Below are positions 8,636 to 15,338 of a stretch of DNA of 32,000 bases, piece by piece (the stretch's first letter is position 1; each line of letters starts with the position of its first letter). The DNA is from Candidatus Scalindua sp. (lineage in GTDB: Bacteria > Planctomycetota > Brocadiia > Brocadiales > Scalinduaceae). The position numbers and the translations under genes were made by a program. The stretch is from positions 1,530,001-1,562,000 of the forward strand of contig JALDRA010000001.1 in assembly GCA_031316235.1 (NCBI GenBank). Reading direction: 5' to 3'. The notes below the pieces were generated by a model. The model had not been told where the DNA came from, did not search any database, and saw only the letters and a list, made by a program, of their open reading frames with translations.

Positions 8636-8821
8636 TGTACTCATCTTATACTGGATTTCGGACAAAATCCGGGAATAAACAGAGCGAGTAAGGTCCTCGG
8701 TGTCTGGGGATACCTTAACCAGGATTTGGTTTCCAGCCCGCCCGGCCTGTCAGCTGTTCGTCAGCCCGATACTCATTCGACGGGGACGGGTAAAACCGGA
8801 AACCAAAGCGGTTTTCGTATA
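8636..8821 (-). repeat. Family-A repeat, copy A4, long form (186 bp) with extra internal modules
   Basis: The reverse complement reads TA|TACGAAAACCGCTTTGGTTTCC...CAGCTGACAGG...GGAAACCAAATCCTGGTTAAGGTATCCCCAGACACCGAGGACC...CCCGGATTTTGTCCGAAATCCAGTATAAGATGAGTA|CA. Confidence 0.85.
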
Positions 8822-8866
8822 GTAACACCCGCCCGGTTCTGGCTCATGCAGGCCAGGCGGACTGAT

Positions 8867-10072
8867 TCAGGCTTTTATCTCAAGAATAGCAGTTGCACAC
8901 TTCCTGCCAAATTCCTCGCAGCCATTCATCGCCTCTTCCGAAGGTATCATCCTCAGCTTAAAACCCTCTTCAACAATCCTGAAACGCAAACTCCTTAAGA
9001 TATCCTCAATGATCTGTACCGCCTCTCCACTCCATCCGTAACACCCGAATACGGCAGCTGCCTTACCCCTGACATTCAGCATCACGAGACTTGAGATAAT
9101 ATCAAATATTGGTTTCGGGGCCTTTGCATTGAGGGTGGGTGAACCAAGGATCAGCCCGTCGGATTCCTCAATCTCATCCATCAGGACATCCAAATCCATC
9201 TCTGCCGCATTAAAGAGAGAAACCTCTGTATCCGGAAGGCTGGCTCCCTTGGCAATACGCTCTGCCATCTTCTTCGTACTACCATATGAAGAAACATAGA
9301 CAACGGCAATCTTTTTTTTATGAGAGTCCCCTGTTCCTTTAGACACCAACTTTCTGTAAGTCTGTATATATTTTTCCAGATTTTCCCTCAATATCGGGCC
9401 GTGGGACGGCGCTATGATATCGATTTCAAGATCCTCTATATTATCCAGTGCCTCAGAAAGATATTTCTTAAATGGTCTCAGTATCGCATTGTAGTAAAAA
9501 GTAAAAGCCTGAAATGCCTCGTCTTTTGAATCCAGTTCGTCATTAAACCTCTGGGGACTGCAGTAATGGGAACCAAACGCATCACAGGGAAACAGTATTT
9601 TATCATCGACCAGGTACGTAAACATGGTATCAGGCCAATGGAGGAATGGAGCTGATATAAATTTCAAGGTCTTATTGCCGAGATCGATGGTTTCTCCATC
9701 TTTCACCTCTTTATAGTCAAATTCCTTATGCAGGATGTTTTTCACAAATGTCCTGGCACCTCTTGAAAAAACGGGAACTGCATTTGGCGCCAGTTCCATC
9801 AAACGAATCAATCCACCGGAATGATCAGGTTCAGTGTGATTGATAATGATATAACTGATATCCTCCAGCTTCACCACCGAACGTATTTTATCAAGAAATT
9901 CGTCTACAAACTGTTCCTTTACCGTATCAACAACCGCTATCTTTTCCCCCCGGACAAGATATGCATTGTAAGTGGTCCCATGTTCTGTCGGTACAACAAT
10001 ATCAAATACAACAAGATCGGGATCAGTTACACCGACCCAGAATACATCCTTCTTAATCTCTACAGCTTCCAT
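8867..10072 (-). CDS. Flavodiiron protein (FprA / rubredoxin:oxygen or NO reductase type)
   Basis: An N-terminal metallo-beta-lactamase-like domain with the di-iron motif HTEPDHSG, and a C-terminal flavodoxin-like domain (KIAVVYVSSYGSTKKMAERIAKG...GSPTLN). The 401-aa size is typical. Confidence 0.9.
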   Translation of the reverse strand: MEAVEIKKDVFWVGVTDPDLVVFDIVVPTEHGTTYNAYLVRGEKIAVVDTVKEQFVDEFLDKIRSVVKLEDISYIIINHTEPDHSGGLIRLMELAPNAVPVFSRGARTFVKNILHKEFDYKEVKDGETIDLGNKTLKFISAPFLHWPDTMFTYLVDDKILFPCDAFGSHYCSPQRFNDELDSKDEAFQAFTFYYNAILRPFKKYLSEALDNIEDLEIDIIAPSHGPILRENLEKYIQTYRKLVSKGTGDSHKKKIAVVYVSSYGSTKKMAERIAKGASLPDTEVSLFNAAEMDLDVLMDEIEESDGLILGSPTLNAKAPKPIFDIISSLVMLNVRGKAAAVFGCYGWSGEAVQIIEDILRSLRFRIVEEGFKLRMIPSEEAMNGCEEFGRKCATAILEIKA

Positions 10073-10075
10073 TTA

Positions 10076-10747
10076 TTATCCTCCTTGCAGATGTTTGATT
10101 TCTAATTTACGGGGAGTACTTCCGGTACTTACTGACCACCTCTTCGGAGGTTTAATCTCATCCATGCAGTCAATCCTTCCCTGTCGATCGAGCTGATCAT
10201 AGATCTGCTGCCAGACACACGGTATGTCCTGAGCCACTTCACATTTCCCCCCCATTGAACCTCCACAGGGTCCATTCATAAGGCTCTTTGAACACCTGCT
10301 GACAGGGCAAAAACCGCCTGTCTCATCAAGGACGCAATCACCGCACCCTGCACATCTCTCTAAAAACAGTCCCGGCTTGACAGGTGCACCCATAAAGGTT
10401 GTATTGAGGCCGGGAGATACCCTGGCAGACGCAAACTTTTCAACCAGCGTCTGTACCCCGATACCGCATGCAATAGAAATAACCGTATCACAATCTTTAA
10501 TATACTCACTAATCGGTTCTACATATTCCTGTTCACACTGCCTCAGGACGGTATCCTCTCTGACTTCTAATTTGCGGCCATCCCTCTTCGCAGCAATGCG
10601 TAATTTTAGCGAAAGCTCCTCGACCTGCTTCTGACCACCAGAATGACATACCGTTACACAATCCCCGCAACCGATCACCGCAACCTTATGAGACTTCTTC
10701 ACCAGTTCATTTATCTCTTCAAACGGCTTTGATTCTGCCACTATCAT
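10076..10747 (-). CDS. Methylenetetrahydrofolate reductase C-terminal-domain (MTHFR_C, MetV-like) Cys-rich Fe-S/Zn protein
   Basis: GCGDCVTVCH, CAGCGDCVLDETGGFCPVSRC and the signature LMNGPCGGSMGGKCEV. SD GGAGGG lies 7 nt upstream. Its stop is 3 nt from the flavodiiron start. Confidence 0.7.
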   Translation of the reverse strand: MIVAESKPFEEINELVKKSHKVAVIGCGDCVTVCHSGGQKQVEELSLKLRIAAKRDGRKLEVREDTVLRQCEQEYVEPISEYIKDCDTVISIACGIGVQTLVEKFASARVSPGLNTTFMGAPVKPGLFLERCAGCGDCVLDETGGFCPVSRCSKSLMNGPCGGSMGGKCEVAQDIPCVWQQIYDQLDRQGRIDCMDEIKPPKRWSVSTGSTPRKLEIKHLQGG

Positions 10748-10883
10748 CGTTCAACCCTCCGAAAAAATACCATGAGTTACAAAGGGTTATGATACCACAA
10801 AAAATGAAAAAATGAAAGGATCTAATTCACAATTTATAAGTTGGACAAATTTTATCCTTTCGCTTACAATACTTTTTTCATTG

Positions 10884-10998
10884 TATACTAAAAACCAAAG
10901 CCTGGTTGCTGTTACCCCCCGGGCAAAAAAACGCCGAGGACTTTACCCGCTCTGTTTTTTCTCGGATTTTATCCGAATTCCAGTATAAGAAGAGTATG
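10884..10998 (+). repeat. Family-A repeat, copy A5 (5' hairpin module deleted)
   Basis: TA|TACTAAAAACCAAAGCCTGGTTGCTG...GGGCAAAAAAACGCCGAGGACTTTACCCGCTC...CTCGGATTTTATCCGAATTCCAGTATAAGAAGAGTA|TG. Compared with A8 it lacks the segment between the two CTAAAA(A)CC repeats. Confidence 0.8.
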
Positions 10999-11072
10999 GC
11001 TTCTGTGTACTCAACCAAGAAACACCTTATTTGCCGGTCGAGTTTTTACATTCTTGTCTAAGGAATTTTGCA

Positions 11073-11693
11073 ATGATAATTAAAACCGTTGTCGTAGGTC
11101 CGCTTGAAGTAAATTGTTATATAATCGGGTGTGAAGAGAGTATGGAAGCTGCTATTATTGATCCGGGAGGCGATGCAGACGAAATTATCAAAACAATTCA
11201 AAGTGAAGGACTGAAACCTGAATTCATTATCAATACGCATGCACATTTTGACCACGTTGGGGCAGTAAGAGCTATCCAGGAACACTTCAAGATAGACTTC
11301 CTGCTGCATAAGGACGATTTGTTTCTCATAGAAAACCTCGATCAACAGGTAATGCAATTCGGATTCGATCGGGTGGCAAAACCTGATGTTAATAAGTTTA
11401 TCAAAAATGGTGATAACATCTCTCTGGGGAAAATGACTATCAAGGCTATTCATACCCCCGGTCATACACCCGGGGGTGTATGCTATTATGTTGACAACAA
11501 CGTATTTGTCGGTGACACACTGTTTGCGGGATCAATCGGACGAACAGATTTTCCCGGCAGCTCCTATGAACAGTTGATTCAGTCTATAAAAGAAAATCTG
11601 TTCCCTCTTGGTGATAGCGTTGTCGTATACACCGGACATGGTCCTTCAACATCAATTGGCAACGAAAAAACACACAATCCATTCTTAACTTAA
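11073..11693 (+). CDS. MBL-fold metallo-hydrolase (hydroxyacylglutathione hydrolase / GloB-like)
   Basis: I set the start at the ATG at 11073 (MIIKTVVVGPLEVNCYIIG), preceded by AAGGAA. The zinc motif is THAHFDHVG, with later HTPGHTPGG and GDTLFAGSIGRTDFPG. Confidence 0.85.
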   Translation: MIIKTVVVGPLEVNCYIIGCEESMEAAIIDPGGDADEIIKTIQSEGLKPEFIINTHAHFDHVGAVRAIQEHFKIDFLLHKDDLFLIENLDQQVMQFGFDRVAKPDVNKFIKNGDNISLGKMTIKAIHTPGHTPGGVCYYVDNNVFVGDTLFAGSIGRTDFPGSSYEQLIQSIKENLFPLGDSVVVYTGHGPSTSIGNEKTHNPFLT

Positions 11694-11711
11694 CTATTGG
11701 AGAAAAATATT

Positions 11712-12764
11712 ATGAAAAAGGTTGGAATTTTAACGGGTGGCGGAGATTGTCCAGGGCTCAATGCCACCATTCGCGGTGTTGTGAGAAAATGTATTGTCGA
11801 TTACGATTACGAGATGTATGGCATCCTGGAAGGGTGGCGGGGTTTAATTGAAGGGAAGGTAAAGACGCTTGACCTCGAAAGTGTTTCTGGAATCCTTCCG
11901 AAAGGTGGCACCATAATCGGTACAAGCCGGACTAACCCTTTTGGAAAGAATAATGCAGGGGCCCCGGAGAAAATCCTTGAAAATATTAAGAAACTGGGCC
12001 TCGACGCTGTTGTTTCTATCGGGGGAGAAGATACGCAAGGTGTTGCGCACAAGCTGTTCGAGATGGGTGTCAATATTGTCAGCATACCGAAAACAATAGA
12101 TAATGATCTCATGGGGACCGATTATACCTTTGGATTTGATACTGCCGTAAACATAGCAACCGAAGCTATTGACCGGTTACACACCACCGCTGAATCACAT
12201 AACAGAGTAATGGTAGTGGAGGTGATGGGCAGGCATGCGGGTTGGATCGCCACGTTTTCGGGCATTGCAGGCGGTGCTGACGTCATCCTGATACCGGAAA
12301 AGCCGGTAAAAATCGATGAAGTTTGCGAGTTATTAAAAAAACGTCATAAGCGTGGCAAGCGATTCAGTATCGTCGTTGTTTCAGAAGGAATTAAAATCCA
12401 ATTCGAAAACAAAGAAGATGAAGATTTTGTCCTTAAAGATGCGAAGACTGATGCATTCGGCCACGTAACACTGGGCGGTGTCGGCCCAATCATGGCAAAG
12501 ATGATTGAAAGAGGGACCGGTTTTGAGTCTCGATGCACGGTATTGGGGCATATCCTCAGAGGCGGTGCGCCTTCTGCCTTTGACCGGATACTGGGTACCA
12601 GGTTTGGCATAGCCGCTGCAGAATTAATCCATAAAGGTGAATTTGGAAAGATGGTAGTATTAAAAGGTAATGAAATCTTAACCATTGACTTAAAAGATGT
12701 ATCAGGGCAGATTAAAACAGTTGATGATTACTGGTACAACATTGCCAGGGTATTTTTTGGCTGA
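11712..12764 (+). CDS. pfp: 6-phosphofructokinase, predicted pyrophosphate-dependent type
   Basis: The start at the ATG at 11712 gives MKKVGILTGGGDCPGLNA. Other motifs are IGGEDTQG, PKTIDNDL and MGRHAGW. Asp in GGED and Lys in PKTIDND occupy the positions (E. coli 104 and 124) that separate PPi from ATP enzymes. Confidence 0.85.
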   Translation: MKKVGILTGGGDCPGLNATIRGVVRKCIVDYDYEMYGILEGWRGLIEGKVKTLDLESVSGILPKGGTIIGTSRTNPFGKNNAGAPEKILENIKKLGLDAVVSIGGEDTQGVAHKLFEMGVNIVSIPKTIDNDLMGTDYTFGFDTAVNIATEAIDRLHTTAESHNRVMVVEVMGRHAGWIATFSGIAGGADVILIPEKPVKIDEVCELLKKRHKRGKRFSIVVVSEGIKIQFENKEDEDFVLKDAKTDAFGHVTLGGVGPIMAKMIERGTGFESRCTVLGHILRGGAPSAFDRILGTRFGIAAAELIHKGEFGKMVVLKGNEILTIDLKDVSGQIKTVDDYWYNIARVFFG

Positions 12765-12783
12765 TGTGCGTAAGTGGGCGTGA

Positions 12784-12915
12784 TATACTCATCTCATACT
12801 GGATTTCGGATAAAATCCGAGATAAAATTGAGCGAGTATACCTTCACCAAGATTTGGTTTCCAGCCTGTCAGCTGTTCGGACGGGTAAAACCTAAAACCA
12901 AACCGGTTTTCGTAT
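12784..12915 (-). repeat. Family-A repeat, copy A6 (132 bp, with the CAGCTGACAGG module)
   Basis: The reverse complement reads TA|TACGAAAACCGGTTTGGTTTTAGG...GAACAGCTGACAGGCTGGAAACCAAATCTTGGTGAAGGTATACTCGCTCAATTTTATCTCGGATTTTATCCGAAATCCAGTATGAGATGAGTA|TA. Confidence 0.85.
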
Positions 12916-13039
12916 ATCAGTTAATGGTAACCGAAACAGCGGTTAATGCACATCCCTGCATAAAAAACAGGAATTCAGGAATTCATACAATCCACAATGG
13001 GAACTTCCCTATGTTATAACATTCAGCAAAATCATTGCC

Positions 13040-13459
13040 ATGAAAATCATAACTGACTCCGTAGAGATCTCTACACGGGGAAACACCGACATTATTGATA
13101 TAACGCAGGAGATAACAGATCTCCTGGATAAAGCCGATCTTACCAGGGGAACCGTAACGGTTTTTGTCTCGGGTTCCACGGCTGGTGTAACCTCAATTGA
13201 GTATGAACCAGGATTGATAAAGGACATTCCGGAAGCCTTTGAGAGGATTGCCCCTGCTGAAATGAGCTATCACCATAATGCCACCTGGGGCGACGGCAAT
13301 GGTCACTCCCATGTACGTGCCGCCCTGCTGGGCTCATCCTTTATCGTTCCCTTTCATAATGGCAAACTGCTCTTAGGTACATGGCAGCAGATCGTTGTAA
13401 TAGACTTTGATAATCGGCCGCGCAAACGGAACGTGGTTGTTCAGATGATGGGTGAATAG
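13040..13459 (+). CDS. yjbQ: YjbQ/UPF0047 family protein (secondary thiamine-phosphate synthase type)
   Basis: The 139-aa size fits. Motifs are TVFVSGSTAGVTSIEYEPG, GNGHSHVRAALLGSS and LLLGTWQQIVVIDFD.RPR.R, characteristic of the family. Confidence 0.85.
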   Translation: MKIITDSVEISTRGNTDIIDITQEITDLLDKADLTRGTVTVFVSGSTAGVTSIEYEPGLIKDIPEAFERIAPAEMSYHHNATWGDGNGHSHVRAALLGSSFIVPFHNGKLLLGTWQQIVVIDFDNRPRKRNVVVQMMGE

Positions 13460-13485
13460 CTCGTGTTTGAACGAAAAGTACCCAT

Positions 13486-13723
13486 CTACTGTGTTGCTGT
13501 AACAATTCCGTAATCCTCACGTACCTGAGTACGTTTCAGTTACGAAATTGTTGCGTGCCCTGTACACTAAAACCGATTTGGTTTTTAGCTTTCCAAAGAA
13601 CCAAATCTTGGTGAAGGTATCCCCGGACAAAAAGCGCCGAGGACTTTACGCGCTCCGTTTTAGCTCGGATTTTATCCGAAATCCAGTATGAGATGAGTAT
13701 ACCTGGGCAGTTTTGGTTCAAAC
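13486..13723 (+). repeat. Family-B hairpin repeat, copy B1, interrupted by family-A copy A7
   Basis: 13486-13564 and 13700-13723 together align with the uninterrupted copy B2 (14625-14724). The hairpin arms are 13501-13513 and 13540-13552. Confidence 0.8.
13563..13701 (+). mobile_element. Family-A repeat, copy A7, inserted into B1 at a TA with TA duplication
   Basis: Filled site: CCCTG-TA-[CACTAAAACC...GATGAGTA]-TA-CCTGGGCAG. Empty paralogous site at 14697-14712: CCTTG-TA-TCTGGGCAG. Confidence 0.85.
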
Positions 13724-13799
13724 AGAGGGTTTCCCGTTCAAGTATCAGCTACGGATTTAAGAATTTTCCCATTTGTGATATATTTTCCTTGATATCATA

Positions 13800-14075
13800 A
13801 TGTCACACTTTATAATGATAAGGATTATACCGCGATTCATTGAACCGTTTCTTCTTAAATCTCTTAAAAACGTTCCTGTTGTTACTCTTCTGGGCCCAAG
13901 GCAGGCAGGAAAGACAGCGCTTGCACAAAATCTTGTACAGAAGATAGGCAACTGGAAGCCTTTTGAATATCTCGATTTGGAGAACAAGATTGATCTTGCA
14001 TAACTGAACCAAAAGAAACTTTTTCTGAGTGGTTTCCATAAGAAATTTCTGATTATTTTTTAACAAATTATTATT
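13800..14075 (+). pseudogene. N-terminal fragment of an AAA ATPase (AAA_14/DUF4143-type), truncated
   Basis: ...VPVVTLLGPRQAGKTALAQNL...YLDLENKIDLA is followed by a TAA, then the same frame continues LNQKKLFLSGFHKKFLIIF* and stops again. Full-length relatives as I recall them are roughly 400 aa. Only about 90 codons remain. Confidence 0.6.
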
Positions 14076-14111
14076 TGAATATAGCCTGCTGAAAGTGGTA
14101 TAATTACGACA

Positions 14112-14609
14112 ATGACTATACAAATCACAAATAACTTGAGTGGTTTTCTGGATAGAAGCGGGATTGCAAAAGTACTCCAAGTAAAGAGAGACTTTGTTAA
14201 CACAGCGCGTTCGTTCACAAAGCAGGTCAAGGCGAACCGGGAAGAGAGAGGAGAGAGATTTACCGCACTTATGATGAAGGTCGCCATTTTCAAACTTTCA
14301 GCGGCAGCAGTAACGCTTGTTGTTATGGCAACGCTGTTCCTTACCCGTATTCATCTCTTTGCACCAATAACCGCGCAATTCTCAAAATGGGTCACTTCAC
14401 CCTTAATCGGATTTATTCTGTTTGTTATCGTATTAAAGTTTGCAGCCATCTCAACAGGCATTTACCTTACCGTCCTGTCTGCAAAAGAGATGACGGGTCT
14501 GGAAGCCCGCTTATGGATTAGGACAACAGTAAAACGAAAACTCCAACTCCTTTTCAGAAGGAAAATGTCGCTTCAAAGAGCTGCTGTCACTCCTTCTTCT
14601 TCAAGATAA
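14112..14609 (+). CDS. Hypothetical membrane protein (2-3 predicted TM helices)
   Basis: A 165-aa ORF with hydrophobic stretches AAAVTLVVMATLFL and LIGFILFVIVLKFAAISTGIYLTVL. There is no convincing SD and I recognise no family. It may be a relic. Confidence 0.4.
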   Translation: MTIQITNNLSGFLDRSGIAKVLQVKRDFVNTARSFTKQVKANREERGERFTALMMKVAIFKLSAAAVTLVVMATLFLTRIHLFAPITAQFSKWVTSPLIGFILFVIVLKFAAISTGIYLTVLSAKEMTGLEARLWIRTTVKRKLQLLFRRKMSLQRAAVTPSSSR

Positions 14610-14624
14610 ACTGAAACAGCACAC

Positions 14625-14724
14625 CTACTGCGTTGCTGTAATAATTTTGTAATCCTCACGTACTTGAGAACGTTCCGGTTACAAAATTATTTCGCGCCTT
14701 GTATCTGGGCAGTTCTAGTTTAAC
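14625..14724 (+). repeat. Family-B hairpin repeat, copy B2 (uninterrupted)
   Basis: CTACTGCGTTGCTGTAATAATTTTGTAATCCTCACGTACTTGAGAACGTTCCGGTTACAAAATTATTTCGCGCCTTGTATCTGGGCAGTTCTAGTTTAAC. It has a perfect 13-bp stem, 14640-14652 with 14679-14691. Confidence 0.8.
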
Positions 14725-14779
14725 TACATTTAAAATTAATAGTGGAAATCTCTTCATACCAACTATAACATGAATCCAT

Positions 14780-15300
14780 ATGCAGATATCCTTAGCACAA
14801 ATAAATCCAAAGGTTGGGGCCTTTAAACAGAATGCAAGGAAGATCTGTAAAGTATCGGGAAACAAATCTGAACTTGCCGTTGGCTATTTGTACCCTCTAT
14901 GGAGACATGTGCGGTGGTTTGGCCGTAATATCCGATATACCCAAGACCCTGGTATACCATTTGGTCAAACACATAAACCTCAGGAGGGAAATTATTCCCA
15001 GGAACACCATCGAGAACCGGTATCAGCGGAGTTAACACCGAACCAGAAGGACTAGGATTCACTTCCTCCGTATGGTACTCTCGGCAGCATACTAAAGGCC
15101 TGTGTAGATGAATCGAAAGATGTACATACTATTGTAAAGCTCGGTTTCTGTGAGTCACTTGTCAGAGATATCGTTAAGAAAGTTGACGGGAACGATTATA
15201 AACGTAATCACTGCCTCAGGAGGACTCAAGGTCACTTCTAAGGCTTTGGAACAAGCAGACGTATGCCTCTTGCACAGGGATACACGAAGATACAATAGGG
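14780..15300 (+). pseudogene. nadE: nadE (glutamine-dependent NAD+ synthetase) relic: N-terminal ~25 codons fused to the C-terminal ~150 codons, with frameshifts and an in-frame stop
   Basis: [22 protein letters not shown] runs directly into [10 protein letters not shown]. The sequence then shifts frame to [30 protein letters not shown] and shifts back to [14 protein letters not shown] follows, then DSLPPYGTLGSILKACVDE...DYKR. A final shift gives GGLKVTSKA. Confidence 0.75.
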
Positions 15301-15338
15301 GTAAAAAGACTATACCCATAAGTTGCACGCAAAAATGA

